DNA from: Caulobacteraceae bacterium
Lineage (GTDB): Bacteria > Pseudomonadota > Alphaproteobacteria > Caulobacterales > Caulobacteraceae
Direction: 5' to 3'
DNA: 64,000 bases
Assembly (NCBI GenBank): GCA_035493215.1
Contig: DATJIO010000007.1
Coordinates: forward strand, 15,578-79,577
The number at the start of each line of letters is the position of its first letter. Within the stretch, counting starts at the first letter, position 1. A model generated the notes under the pieces. It was given only the letters and a program-made list of their open reading frames with translations. It had not been told where the DNA came from and searched no databases. The translations under genes were made by a program, and so were the position numbers. This document shows, in pieces, positions 23,749-33,641 of this stretch.

Positions 23749-25059
23749 CTACCCCTGCGCCCCGAACACGCGGGCGAAGATCGTGTCCACGTGCTTGAAG
23801 TGGTAGGCGAGATCGAACAGGGATTCCAGTTCTGAATCAGTCATATGCGCCTTAACCTCAGGGTCCGCCTTGAGGAAATCGAGGAAGTTCCCCTCGCCGC
23901 GCCACACCTTCATCGCGTGACCCTGCACCGCCGCATAGGCGGCCTCGCGGCTCATGCCCTTCTGCGTCAGCGCCAGCATCACCCGTTGCGAGTGGACCAG
24001 TCCGCCCAGGCGGTCGAGGTTCTTCTGCATGTTCTGCGGGTAGACCAGCAGCCGGTCGATCACGCTGGCCAGCCGGCGCAGGGCGAAGTCGAGGTGGACG
24101 GTGGCGTCCGGTCCGATGCCGCGCTCGACCGAGGAATGGCTGATGTCGCGCTCGTGCCAGAGGGTGACGTTCTCCAGCGCCGGGACCACGGCCGAACGGA
24201 CCAGGCGGGCCAAGCCGGTGAGGTTCTCGGTCAGGACGGGATTGCGCTTGTGCGGCATGGCCGACGAGCCCTTCTGGCCGACGCTGAACGCCTCCTCGAC
24301 CTCCAGCACCTCGGTGCGCTGCAGGTGGCGAATCTCGGTGGCGAGGTTCTCGACCGACGAGGCGACCACGGCCAGGGCGGCGAAATACGCGGCGTGGCGG
24401 TCGCGGGGGATCACCTGGGTCGAGACCGGCTCGACCGTCAGTCCCATCTTTTCGGCGACGTAGCTTTCGACGTAGGGGTCGACGTTGGCGAAGGTGCCCA
24501 CGGCGCCGGAGATGGCGCAGGTGGCGACCTCGAATCGGGCCATGGCCAGCCGCTCCTTGGCCCGCTGGAAGGCGGCGTAGTGGCCGGCCAGCTTCAGGCC
24601 GAAGGTGGTCGGCTCGGCGTGGATGCCGTGGCTGCGCCCGACCGTGGCGGTCAGCTTGTGCTCGTAGGCCCGCTTCTTCAGCGCCGCCATGACCAGGTCG
24701 ACGTCCTCCATCAGCATGTCGGCGGCCCGCGCCAGTTGCACGGCCAGGCAGGTGTCGAGCACGTCCGAGGACGTCATGCCCTGGTGCAGGAACCGCGCCT
24801 CGGGGCCGACGATCTCGGAGACATGGGTGAGGAAGGCGATGACGTCGTGCTTGGTGACGGCCTCGATCTCGTCGATCCGCTCGGGGTCGAACTTGGCGTC
24901 GCGGCCCTTTTCCCAGATGGCGGCGGCCGCCGCCTTGGGGATCACGCCCAGCTCGGCCATGGCGTCGGCGGCGTGGGCCTCGATCTCGAACCAGATGCGG
25001 TAGCGGGTCTCGGGGGACCACAGGGCGGCGGCTTCGGGGCGGGCGTAACGGGAGATCAT
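23749..25059 (-). CDS. purB: Adenylosuccinate lyase
   Basis: 436-aa ORF beginning MISRYARPEAAALWSPETRYRIWFEIEAHA, with the GSSAMPHKRNP signature. Confidence 0.96.
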   Translation of the reverse strand: MISRYARPEAAALWSPETRYRIWFEIEAHAADAMAELGVIPKAAAAAIWEKGRDAKFDPERIDEIEAVTKHDVIAFLTHVSEIVGPEARFLHQGMTSSDVLDTCLAVQLARAADMLMEDVDLVMAALKKRAYEHKLTATVGRSHGIHAEPTTFGLKLAGHYAAFQRAKERLAMARFEVATCAISGAVGTFANVDPYVESYVAEKMGLTVEPVSTQVIPRDRHAAYFAALAVVASSVENLATEIRHLQRTEVLEVEEAFSVGQKGSSAMPHKRNPVLTENLTGLARLVRSAVVPALENVTLWHERDISHSSVERGIGPDATVHLDFALRRLASVIDRLLVYPQNMQKNLDRLGGLVHSQRVMLALTQKGMSREAAYAAVQGHAMKVWRGEGNFLDFLKADPEVKAHMTDSELESLFDLAYHFKHVDTIFARVFGAQG

Positions 25060-25264
25060 GCGGCAGGCTGATGCGCGGGGTAGGGCGGCGCTGTCAAGGC
25101 GCGGCCCGCCGCTTGCAGCACAGGTCCGCCCGGTCCCGTTCCGGGCCGTTCAGGCTCGCGCCTGGGGAGAAGCCGCTCCCCGACTCGAACCAACGCGGTT
25201 ATCGGCTTATGAATCCGCGAGTTGAGCGATGGTTTGGACGGATAGGTCGCAAGGATTGATCGCC

Positions 25265-26233
25265 ATGTCGCGTCTTGGTTTGGGTCTGGCCGTTGTGGCC
25301 GCCGCCGGTCTGGCCTGCGTCGTCACGCCCCTGGGCGCGGTGCAGGCGCACGACGGTCCGCCGCCGAACGCGCGGCCGGGGGAATGTTTCGGCCGGGTGA
25401 TCCTGCCCCCCGTCTACGGCGACGCCGCCCAGCGGGTGCTCGAACAGCCGGCCTGGACCGAGACCGTCCGCGGCCGGCCCATCGTCGACAAGGTCGTGCG
25501 CAAGGTCCTGGTCCGCCCGGCGCAGACGGTGCGGGTGCGCACCCGCCCCGTCTACCGCAACGAGGTGAGTTGGGTCGAACGGCCGGGCCGTCTGCGCACC
25601 GTGCGCGAGCCCGACCGCTACCGGATCGTCAGGGACAAGGTGCTGGTCGAGCCCGGCCACGCCGAGTGGCGGCCGTCGTCGGCGCCCCTGGCCTACGGCG
25701 AAAGCGCCGGCCAGACCGTGCTGCAGCCCACCGGCGAGGTGATGTGCCGGGTCTGGGTGCCGGCCCGCTACGCCTATTCCAGCCGCAAGGTGCTGGTGGA
25801 GCGCGGACGCGCCTACCAGGTCCGGGGCCCCGCCAGCCGCAAGAAGGTCGTGCGTCGGGTGCTGGTCCGCGACGGCGGCTGGACCGAACGGACCGTCGCG
25901 GCGGTCTACCGCAACGAGATAGTGCGCCGGGAGGTCCGCGAGGGGCGCTCCCAGGTGATCTCGCACCCGGCGGTCTATTCGTCGGTGCACCGGCAGGTGC
26001 TGGTCCGCGCCGAAAGCCCGGGCTGGGCGCGGGTGGTCTGCGGCGGGGCGATCGCCCCGGCGTGGATGGCGGCGCTGCAACAGCGGCTGATCGCCCAGGG
26101 CTTCGATCCCGGTCCCCCCGACGGCGTGGGCCGGCCCCAGACCTACGCGGCGCTGCGCCTCTACCAGCGCGCGCACAAGCTGGCCCAGGGTCAGATCACG
26201 GTGGAGACCGCCCAGGCGCTGGGGCTGCTGTAG
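25265..26233 (+). CDS. Secreted protein with C-terminal peptidoglycan-binding (PG_binding_1-like) domain
   Basis: Trimmed to ATG 25265 (MSRLGLGLAVVAAAGLACVV...). The C-terminus reads LQQRLIAQGFDPGPPDGVGRPQTYAALRLYQRAHKLAQGQIT. Confidence 0.7.
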   Translation: MSRLGLGLAVVAAAGLACVVTPLGAVQAHDGPPPNARPGECFGRVILPPVYGDAAQRVLEQPAWTETVRGRPIVDKVVRKVLVRPAQTVRVRTRPVYRNEVSWVERPGRLRTVREPDRYRIVRDKVLVEPGHAEWRPSSAPLAYGESAGQTVLQPTGEVMCRVWVPARYAYSSRKVLVERGRAYQVRGPASRKKVVRRVLVRDGGWTERTVAAVYRNEIVRREVREGRSQVISHPAVYSSVHRQVLVRAESPGWARVVCGGAIAPAWMAALQQRLIAQGFDPGPPDGVGRPQTYAALRLYQRAHKLAQGQITVETAQALGLL

Positions 26234-26242
26234 CGCAGCCCC

Positions 26243-27628
26243 CTAGCTCCCCAGGTCCTTGCGCAGGCTCCGCGCGGCCAGCACGAAATGCAGGCCGGCC
26301 CAGATGTAGATCGCCGCCGCGGCGATCAGCGCCTGCTGCAGGCCGGCGAACGAGGCCGCGTGGCAGGCCTCGGCGGCGAAGCCCTGCGCGCCTGGCGGCG
26401 CCACGCCCCCGGGGCAGGCCTTCACGAACGGCATCAGGCCGGGGTAACTGCGGCCGGCGAAGAGGTCGCTCAGCGCGCCGATGGTCATCGGCCCCAGCCC
26501 CAGGCCGATCAGGGTGATCGAGACGTTGACCACCGCCGTGGCGGTGGCGCGGCTGCGGGCGTCGACCAGGTTCTGGACCAGGGCGAACACCGGGCCGAGG
26601 TAGAGGTACTGCAGGATCAGCGGCACGATCACCAGCGCCCCCAGCCGGGCGACGGTGGGCTGGGTCAGGGCCAGCATGAACAGGGGTGCGGCGGCCATCA
26701 GCGCGAACCCCGGAATCCAGGCGCGCCAGCGGGGATCCTTGCGGCCGGCGGCGTCGGCCAGATAGCCCCCGCATCCGACGCCGATCGCCGCCGAGAGGGC
26801 GCCGAACACCCCGTAGGCGAGGGCGGCGGTGCGCAGGTCGAGGGGAAACCCCCGCAGCAGGAACGGGATGGCGAACTGGGCGAAGGCGTAGCCCGAGAAC
26901 GATGTCAGGCTGGCGCCCAGGGTGAGGTGCACCAGGGCCCGCTTGCGCAGCATCATGGCCAGGACGGCCCCGAACGACGGCGGCGGGCCTTCGGCGGGCG
27001 CAGCGGCGTCCATGCCCCCGCGGACCGGCTCGCGGACGGTCAGCTTGAACAGCAGCGCCACGGCGAGGCCAGGCAGGCCCAGGGCCAGGAAGGCGACGCG
27101 CCAGCCGAACGCCTGGGCCAGGGCTCCGCCAAGGGTGGCGCCCAGGAAGGCGCCGAACGGCACCCCCAGGGTGAAGATGCCCAGCGCCGAGGCCCGCTTC
27201 TGCGGCGGATAGTAGTCGGCGATCAGCGAATAGGCCGGCGGGATGTAGCCGGCCTCGCCCAGACCCACCCCGACCCGCGCCAGGGCCAGGGTCCAAAAGC
27301 CGGTGGCCGCGCCGCACAGGGCGGTCATGGCCGACCAGATGGCCAGGGCCGTCGAGATGATGGTCGCCCGGGGCTTGTGCTCGGCCAGCCGCGCCACGCC
27401 CAGGCCGGCGAAGGAATAGAGCAGGGCGAAAGCCAGCCCCCCCAGCATCCCGAGCTGCCAGTCCTGCAGCTTGAGGTCGGCCTTGATCGGCTGGCCCAGC
27501 ACGCCCAAGAGGCTGCGGTCGATGAAGTTGGAGGTGTAGACGACCACCATCACCGTCAGCATGTAGGTCCGGTACGCCCGTGAAACGGGCGCGGGCGCGG
27601 CCGTAGCGGGCGCGGCGGTGTCGGTCAT
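26243..27628 (-). CDS. MFS transporter (spinster-like)
   Basis: Trimmed to ATG 27628 (MTDTAAPATAAP...YRTYMLTVMVVVYTSNFIDRSLLGVL). It has many TM segments. Confidence 0.85.
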   Translation of the reverse strand: MTDTAAPATAAPAPVSRAYRTYMLTVMVVVYTSNFIDRSLLGVLGQPIKADLKLQDWQLGMLGGLAFALLYSFAGLGVARLAEHKPRATIISTALAIWSAMTALCGAATGFWTLALARVGVGLGEAGYIPPAYSLIADYYPPQKRASALGIFTLGVPFGAFLGATLGGALAQAFGWRVAFLALGLPGLAVALLFKLTVREPVRGGMDAAAPAEGPPPSFGAVLAMMLRKRALVHLTLGASLTSFSGYAFAQFAIPFLLRGFPLDLRTAALAYGVFGALSAAIGVGCGGYLADAAGRKDPRWRAWIPGFALMAAAPLFMLALTQPTVARLGALVIVPLILQYLYLGPVFALVQNLVDARSRATATAVVNVSITLIGLGLGPMTIGALSDLFAGRSYPGLMPFVKACPGGVAPPGAQGFAAEACHAASFAGLQQALIAAAAIYIWAGLHFVLAARSLRKDLGS

Positions 27629-27716
27629 GGAGCTCCCCCGGTCGAACGCGCGCAAGGCTTGGGCGTTGAACCGTTGCAGGCTAAGTCGGGCCGGGGCGGA
27701 AGCAAAGGAGCTCAGC

Positions 27717-28358
27717 ATGGAACTGGTGATCGGCGACAAGAACTTTTCGAGCTGGTCCCTGCGTCCCTGGCTGGTGCTCAAGCGCGCCGGCGCGACGTTC
27801 GGCGAGACCCTGGTGCGCCTGCGCCAGCCCGGCACGGCGGCCGAGGTCGCCCGTCACTCCCCGAGCGGCAAGGTCCCCCTGCTGCGCGACGGCGAGGTGA
27901 TGGTGTGGGATTCGCTGGCGATCTGCGAATACCTGGCCGAACGCTTCCCGGCCGCCGGGCTGTGGCCCGCGGACGTCCAGGCCCGGGCGCTGGGCCGCTC
28001 GGCCGTGGCCGAGATGCATTCGGGCTTCGCCAGCCTGCGCGGCGAACTTCCCATGGACCTGGCCCTGCACCGGGTGGCGGAGATCTCCGAGGCGACCCAG
28101 ACCGACATCCGCCGCATCGTCCAGCTGTGGGCGTCCCTGTGCGAGCGGTTCGGCAAGGACGGGCCGTGGCTGCTGGGGCCGTGGTCGATCGCCGACGCCT
28201 TCTACACTCCCGTCGCCACCCGCTTCCGCAGCTACGGGGTGCGGCTGTCGGACTACGGCGACCTGGGGGCGGGCGGCGCCTATTGCGAGATGCTGCTGGA
28301 GCAGCCCGACTATCTGGAATGGGAAGCCGCCGCCAAGGCCGAGGCGGCCGCGGCGTAG
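27717..28358 (+). CDS. Glutathione S-transferase family protein
   Basis: ATG 27717 follows AAAGGAG. The sequence reads MELVIGDKNFSSWSLRPWLVLKRAGATF...GKVPLL...WDSLAICEYL. Confidence 0.85.
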   Translation: MELVIGDKNFSSWSLRPWLVLKRAGATFGETLVRLRQPGTAAEVARHSPSGKVPLLRDGEVMVWDSLAICEYLAERFPAAGLWPADVQARALGRSAVAEMHSGFASLRGELPMDLALHRVAEISEATQTDIRRIVQLWASLCERFGKDGPWLLGPWSIADAFYTPVATRFRSYGVRLSDYGDLGAGGAYCEMLLEQPDYLEWEAAAKAEAAAA

Positions 28359-28382
28359 GTGCGGCGTGGAGGTTGAGCGGCC

Positions 28383-28841
28383 ATGTCCGATCCTTCGAGC
28401 CTGGTGATCGCCTGCCCCGTCGACGGGACCCTGAACCGGGTGCCCGCCGACAAGCTGGCCGCCGCCCCCAAATGCGGGCGCTGCCACAATCCGCTCTTCC
28501 AGATGAAGCCGGTCGAGCTGACCTCGGCCAATTTCGACGCCCATACGCTCAGGGGCGACCTGCCGGTGGTGGTCGATTTCTGGGCCGGGTGGTGCGGGCC
28601 CTGCCGGACCATGGCGCCGAGCTTCCAGGCCGCGGCGGCCCAGCTCGAGCCGCGGGTGCGGCTGGCCAAGCTGGACACCGAAGCGGAAGGCGCCGTCGCC
28701 GCCCGCTTCGGCATCCGCAGCATTCCCAGCCTGGTCATGATCCGCAAGGGTCGGGAGGTGGCGCGCACCTCCGGCGTCCTGCCGACCCCGGCCATCGTCC
28801 AGTGGGTCGAACAGGCGCTCAGGTCGGCCCCGGGCCCCTGA
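28383..28841 (+). CDS. trxC: Thioredoxin 2 (Zn-finger N-terminal extension)
   Basis: The 152-aa ORF has a CxxC-type pair in the N-terminal extension (CPVDG...CGRCH) and the WCGPC active site. Confidence 0.9.
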   Translation: MSDPSSLVIACPVDGTLNRVPADKLAAAPKCGRCHNPLFQMKPVELTSANFDAHTLRGDLPVVVDFWAGWCGPCRTMAPSFQAAAAQLEPRVRLAKLDTEAEGAVAARFGIRSIPSLVMIRKGREVARTSGVLPTPAIVQWVEQALRSAPGP

Positions 28842-28848
28842 AGCTAGC

Positions 28849-29220
28849 TCACCACGGCCGCTGGAAGACGCCTTCGCGCAGCCAGTGGATCTGCGCCGCC
28901 ACGGCGTTAAGGCGCGTCTCGTGCGCGGCTTTCTCGGCGGGGGTGGTCGGGTGGCGAGTGGCGATCAGGGCCAGGTGGTCGCGGTTGGCGGCGACGTCCT
29001 GCAACACCCGCGCGGCCTCGTCGTCGGCGATCTCGTGGTCCGCCTGCGCCTTCTTGATCCGGGCGATCAGCCAGTCCTCGCGCGCCGCCAGGGGCCAGGC
29101 GTCGCCCGCCGCCGGGGCCGCCGCCGGGGCGGCCGGGGGCATGGCAGGCTGACTCCAGGCGACCGCCGGCAGCGCCAGGAGGGATGCGGCCGCGGCCGCC
29201 AGCAGGGTCGATTTCGTCAT
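28849..29220 (-). CDS. Periplasmic hypothetical protein
   Basis: Trimmed to ATG 29220 (MTKSTLLAAAAASLLALPAVAWS...). The body is helical. Confidence 0.5.
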   Translation of the reverse strand: MTKSTLLAAAAASLLALPAVAWSQPAMPPAAPAAAPAAGDAWPLAAREDWLIARIKKAQADHEIADDEAARVLQDVAANRDHLALIATRHPTTPAEKAAHETRLNAVAAQIHWLREGVFQRPW

Positions 29221-29350
29221 TGGGGGGCCTTGTCGATCGCGCACGTTCGGCGGCAGCCTCGCGCGCGCTTCAGGTTGAGCGATGGGGTCGTGGGCGGATG
29301 CGACCGCCACGGGGCGCACGGCCCGGTGACGGTCGCGGGCCGGGCGCCGG

Positions 29351-30172
29351 CTACTGGGCGCCGAGGTACTTGAAGCTCTTGTCGACGAAGATGTGGTGCG
29401 GCCAGGCGACGCCCACGTTGTGGACCTCGTATTCGCCGGTGCTCAGCTTCACGACGCGGTTGACGACGCCCCCGGTCCAGTTGGCCAGGGCGACTTCGAT
29501 CGCCTTGTTCGCTTCTGCTCCCTGGATGATCGTGCCTTCGCCCTGGACGTAGTTGGCGGGGATCTTGCCGACCGAGCGCTCCACGGGCGCGACGCCGGCC
29601 TGGAAGGGGACCGCCCCTGCCGCGCCTGGAGGTCCCGCCGGCCTTGCGCCGTTCCCTTCGGAGACGTTGGCCTTGGCCACGGTGGCGGGATGGGCGATGA
29701 CCAGGTCGGCCTTCACGGTCGTTCCCGCGTCGCGCATCCCGACGGTGGCCAGGCCGATCACGACGACGCGCTCGCCCTTCTTGACGATGTTCGCCTTGGC
29801 CGTCTTTGGCCCGTTCCGATAGACCGTGGCGGCCGACTGTTCGACGGTGGCCACGCGACCCGGCGAAAGGGCGACGACGAAGCTCGTCGGCGTCAGGCTC
29901 TCGACCGTGCCGACGATCCCTCCGATGGACGGCGGAGCGCGCTGCGCGCCCTGCTGCGCGCCCGGAGGACCGCCGGGACGGCCCAGGGGACCGCCCCCGG
30001 GACCTCCAGGCCCGCCGCGGGGGCCTTGCGGACCGCCCGGAGGACCGCCGGCGGCGGGACCTTGCGGACCGGCCTGCGCTTGCCCGAGCGGTCGCGCCGT
30101 CTCCTGGGCCATGGCGCCGGCTGCGGCGAACGCCACCGCGCCGCTGCAGAGGATGGTGGACAGCAATTTCAT
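29351..30172 (-). CDS. Secreted protein with Gly/Pro-rich linker
   Basis: 273-aa ORF with a signal peptide and about 60 aa of GPxG-type low complexity (GPQGPAAGGPPGGPQGPRGGPGGPGGGP). Two beta-rich segments follow. Confidence 0.6.
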   Translation of the reverse strand: MKLLSTILCSGAVAFAAAGAMAQETARPLGQAQAGPQGPAAGGPPGGPQGPRGGPGGPGGGPLGRPGGPPGAQQGAQRAPPSIGGIVGTVESLTPTSFVVALSPGRVATVEQSAATVYRNGPKTAKANIVKKGERVVVIGLATVGMRDAGTTVKADLVIAHPATVAKANVSEGNGARPAGPPGAAGAVPFQAGVAPVERSVGKIPANYVQGEGTIIQGAEANKAIEVALANWTGGVVNRVVKLSTGEYEVHNVGVAWPHHIFVDKSFKYLGAQ

Positions 30173-30404
30173 GCGAGAGCCTCCCTTATGATGGGCAGCC
30201 CCTTTCCGAGGCTGACGATTGCATCAAACCCCTAGACGTTTGAGGCCGGGAAAAAGGAATCCGGCGGCCGTGCGGCCGCGGCTTTGCTCGGGCCGGACTG
30301 GCCGGCGAAGGCCGGCGCCGACCGCTCGCCGCAGTCCGGCCGACTTGACGTTTGCGTCCCCGGCGCGTTTGCGGCCCGCCCGCCGGCTTCAGCCGGCGCG
30401 CGCC

Positions 30405-30893
30405 CTACATGTGAAACCCGACTTGCCGGGCGCAGACCACGACCGAAGCCCAGAACAGCAGGGACAGACCGCCGGCGATGCGGGCGGCGGTGGCGGGGGG
30501 GCCGCGGTCCCACGCGGCCACGGTGGGCTCTATGAAGAAGTGGAAATAGGCCATGTTGAGCGCGGCCAGGGCCATATAGCCGAGCTTCATGTAGAACACC
30601 GGCAGGTCGGTGTAGGCGCCCGCCCGCGAGACGAACAGCAGGCCGCCGGAGATCGCGGCGCCGAGGAAGGCCCACCAGGTGAAGGGCGTGTAGCGGCGCA
30701 GCACCACGCTGGCCGGTTCGCCGCCCCCGGCCAAGCCCAGCAGCCGCAGGTCGACGATGGCGATGGAGCCCAGCACCGTGGTCAGGCAGAACAAATGGAT
30801 CGTCTCGAGGGTCGGGAAGAGCCACGCCGAGCCGCCGATGGTCTGGCCCAGGGCGCTGTCTTGCAGGGCGACGGACAGGTCATGCAACGCCAT
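30405..30893 (-). CDS. Four-TM membrane protein (DUF6644-like)
   Basis: 162-aa ORF with ...SAWLFPTLETIHLFCLTTVLGSIAIVDLRLLG... It is a paralogue of the upstream gene. Confidence 0.6.
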   Translation of the reverse strand: MALHDLSVALQDSALGQTIGGSAWLFPTLETIHLFCLTTVLGSIAIVDLRLLGLAGGGEPASVVLRRYTPFTWWAFLGAAISGGLLFVSRAGAYTDLPVFYMKLGYMALAALNMAYFHFFIEPTVAAWDRGPPATAARIAGGLSLLFWASVVVCARQVGFHM

Positions 30894-30950
30894 GGGAAAT
30901 CCTCGCGCCGGAAGTTGTGGGGATGGTGACGATGGGGGGGCGCGCGGCGC

Positions 30951-31424
30951 TCATGTGTAGGCGATCCAGCGGCCGGCGGTGACGATGAAGGCCCACAGGG
31001 CCAGCGACAGGATGGCCAGAACCTTGGCCTGGAGCGGCGCCCGGTCCCAGGCCCCCGGCCGGGTCTTGATCTGCGCGGCCAGCCCCCAGGTGAGGGCGCA
31101 GACGATCGCCAGGGCCAGCATCTTCAGTTGGAACCAGTGGTTGAGCAGGGCCCTCGTGGGCTCGGCGACCATGTTGAGCAGGCCGGTGACGGCCAGGAGC
31201 AGTACGCCCCACCCGATCCAGGGGGCGAACCGGTGCACCAGGGCCGGCAGGCGGGCCTGGGCGTTCAGCACGCCCAGCAAGCGCAGGTCCAGCACTGCCG
31301 CCGAGGTGAACACCAGAGCTACGGCCAAGATGTGAATCGACTGGATGGTGGGGATCATCCAGGCCTGCGTCTGCAGCATCAGGCTGAACGGCGTATGGCC
31401 GACCCAGTTCAAAAATCCGTCCAT
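30951..31424 (-). CDS. Four-TM membrane protein (DUF6644-like paralogue)
   Basis: Trimmed to ATG 31424 (MDGFLNWVGHTPFSLMLQTQAWMIPTIQSIHILAVALVFTSAAVLDLRLLG...). Confidence 0.6.
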   Translation of the reverse strand: MDGFLNWVGHTPFSLMLQTQAWMIPTIQSIHILAVALVFTSAAVLDLRLLGVLNAQARLPALVHRFAPWIGWGVLLLAVTGLLNMVAEPTRALLNHWFQLKMLALAIVCALTWGLAAQIKTRPGAWDRAPLQAKVLAILSLALWAFIVTAGRWIAYT

Positions 31425-31593
31425 GCGCTCCTCGGTTGGCTTCGATGACGAGCAAGCTTGGCGCGAGGGCGCAGACCGGTCTTTGATCCGGGTCATATTC
31501 GGGCGGGCATTTGGCGCCGGCGCCGCAAGGCGCAGCCTGCGCGCCCCGGAGGACCGCCGGGCGCCTATCGATTTGCGGGGCGACGCGGTTCCG

Positions 31594-32460
31594 TCAGCTC
31601 ATGAGCAAGTCGGCGAGACGGGCCCCGGCCCGGCCCAGGGGTTGGCTGGTCCTGTGCACCAATTGAGGGGTGAACCAATAGCGGGACCCCCCGTCGAAGG
31701 GCAGTTCCAGCAAGGCGCCCGAGGCCAGGTCCTCCGTCACCAGATAGGCTGGCATCCAGCCGAAACCGAGCCCCATCTGCAGGGCCCGCTTCTTGGCGAC
31801 GAAACCGGACATGTAGAAGACCCGCTCGCCGCCGAACATGTGGCGGTCGTCCCCCTGGTCGCTGGAGTCCTGGATCGACAGTTCGACGTGCTCGTGCAGG
31901 TCGGCGAGCGTGACGGCGCTCTGCGCCGCCAGCGGATGGGACGGGGCGACACACAGGATGCACTCGATCTCCGCCAGGGCCTCGGCCTGCAGATGCGGAT
32001 GGGCCTCGTAGTCCTTCACCAGCATCAGGTCCGCGTGGTCCTTCTCGAAGCGGAACTGCACCCCGCGCAGAAACTCGACCTTGACCTGGATGCGGGTCGG
32101 CGCGCGCTCGTCCGCCAGGGTCTTCAGAGCCGACAGGGTCCGGTCCAGCGGCAGGATGCCGTCGACGATCAGCAAGAGGCGAGGCTCCCAGCCGGTGGTG
32201 AACTGGGCCGCCATGGATTCAATGTGCTCGGCCATGGCCAGCAGCCGGCGGCCTTCCGACAGGATCGCTTCGCCGGCCGGCGTCAGGCGAACCCGATAGC
32301 CGTCCCGGTCCAGCAGCCGCAGACCCAGCTGATTTTCAAGCTTGCCGACCTGGTAGCTGACCGCCGATTGCACCTTGTGCAGGTGCTCGGCGGCGCGGGC
32401 GAACCCGCCGTGGCGGACGACGGCGTCCAGGGCGGCGAGGGCGTCCAGGTCCGGTTTCAT
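31594..32460 (-). CDS. LysR-family transcriptional regulator
   Basis: HTH motif FARAAEHLHKVQSAVSYQVGKLENQLG. ATG 32460 is preferred over the TTG at 32469. It is divergent from hppD. Confidence 0.9.
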   Translation of the reverse strand: MKPDLDALAALDAVVRHGGFARAAEHLHKVQSAVSYQVGKLENQLGLRLLDRDGYRVRLTPAGEAILSEGRRLLAMAEHIESMAAQFTTGWEPRLLLIVDGILPLDRTLSALKTLADERAPTRIQVKVEFLRGVQFRFEKDHADLMLVKDYEAHPHLQAEALAEIECILCVAPSHPLAAQSAVTLADLHEHVELSIQDSSDQGDDRHMFGGERVFYMSGFVAKKRALQMGLGFGWMPAYLVTEDLASGALLELPFDGGSRYWFTPQLVHRTSQPLGRAGARLADLLMS

Positions 32461-32580
32461 GACTGCCAAATTTTTCGATCAATATGGATAAATATATCCG
32501 ATATTTTAGATGCTCGGCAAGGCCTAGCCTGACTTCGGATCAGCGGCGGACAGCGCCGCGCCAGTCGCTGGGAGCGGATC

Positions 32581-33615
32581 GTGGAACGGGACAATCCTCT
32601 GGGTATGCGCGGAATCGAGTTCATCGAATTCTGCGGGGAAGGACTGCAGTCGCTGGAGCAGTTGTTTCTCAATTTCGGTTTCTCGAAATTGCGTCACCAT
32701 CCCGTCAGGGCGATCACCTATTTTCGGCAGAACGACATCCATTTCCTGCTGAACGCCGAGCGGAAGGGCTTTTCCGCCGCCTTCGCCAAGGCCCACGGCC
32801 CGTCGGTCTGCTCCATGGGCTGGCGTTTCGACGACGCCCAGGCCGCCCGCGACGAAGCGGTCCGTCGCGGCGCCCGCCCGGTGGAGGACGGGGTCGCCGA
32901 TCTGCCCTATCCCGCAGTGTACGGCATCGGCGACAGCCTGATCTATTTCATCGATCGCTTCGGCGAGCGGGGAACCGTCTACGACGCCGACTTCGTCGCG
33001 CTCGACAACCCCGACGTCCGCCCGGACAAGGGCTTCGTCCGGATCGACCATCTGACCAACAACGTTCCCGCCGGCGCCATGGCCCTGTGGGCGGACTTCT
33101 ACAAGACCGTGTTCGGCTTTACCGAGGTCCGCTATTTCGACATCCAGGGCGCCAAGACGGGACTGCTGTCCTACGCGTTGCGCTCGCCCGACGGCGGCTT
33201 CTGCATTCCGATCAACCAGCCCAAGTCGGATCGCGACCAGATCAGCGAATATCTGCGCGACTACAACGGCCCCGGCGTCCAGCATCTCGCTTTTCTGACC
33301 GACGACATCCTGGCCTCCCTGGACGCCTTGGAAGGCAGCCGGATCGAGACCCTGGAGATCGACCCCGACTACTACCGCCATGTCTTCGACCGTGTGCCGG
33401 GCGTGGTCGAGGACCATGCGCGCCTCCAGGCGCGCCAGGTGCTCGTCGACGGCGACGCGGATGGCTACCTGCTGCAGATCTTCACCAAGTGCCTGATCGG
33501 TCCGATCTTCATCGAGATCATCCAGCGCAAGCATAACGACAGCTTCGGCGAAGGCAATTTCGGCGCGCTGTTCCGCTCGATGGAAAAAGACCAGGAAATC
33601 AGAGGCGTCCTGTGA
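32581..33615 (+). CDS. hppD: 4-hydroxyphenylpyruvate dioxygenase
   Basis: 344-aa ORF with a GTG start. It has IDHLTNNV, GVQHLAF and the C-terminal FIEIIQRK...GFGEGNF-like FGEGNFGALF. Confidence 0.93.
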   Translation: MERDNPLGMRGIEFIEFCGEGLQSLEQLFLNFGFSKLRHHPVRAITYFRQNDIHFLLNAERKGFSAAFAKAHGPSVCSMGWRFDDAQAARDEAVRRGARPVEDGVADLPYPAVYGIGDSLIYFIDRFGERGTVYDADFVALDNPDVRPDKGFVRIDHLTNNVPAGAMALWADFYKTVFGFTEVRYFDIQGAKTGLLSYALRSPDGGFCIPINQPKSDRDQISEYLRDYNGPGVQHLAFLTDDILASLDALEGSRIETLEIDPDYYRHVFDRVPGVVEDHARLQARQVLVDGDADGYLLQIFTKCLIGPIFIEIIQRKHNDSFGEGNFGALFRSMEKDQEIRGVL

Positions 33616-33641
33616 CGCCGGCCAGCACGGAGGAGCCCGCC

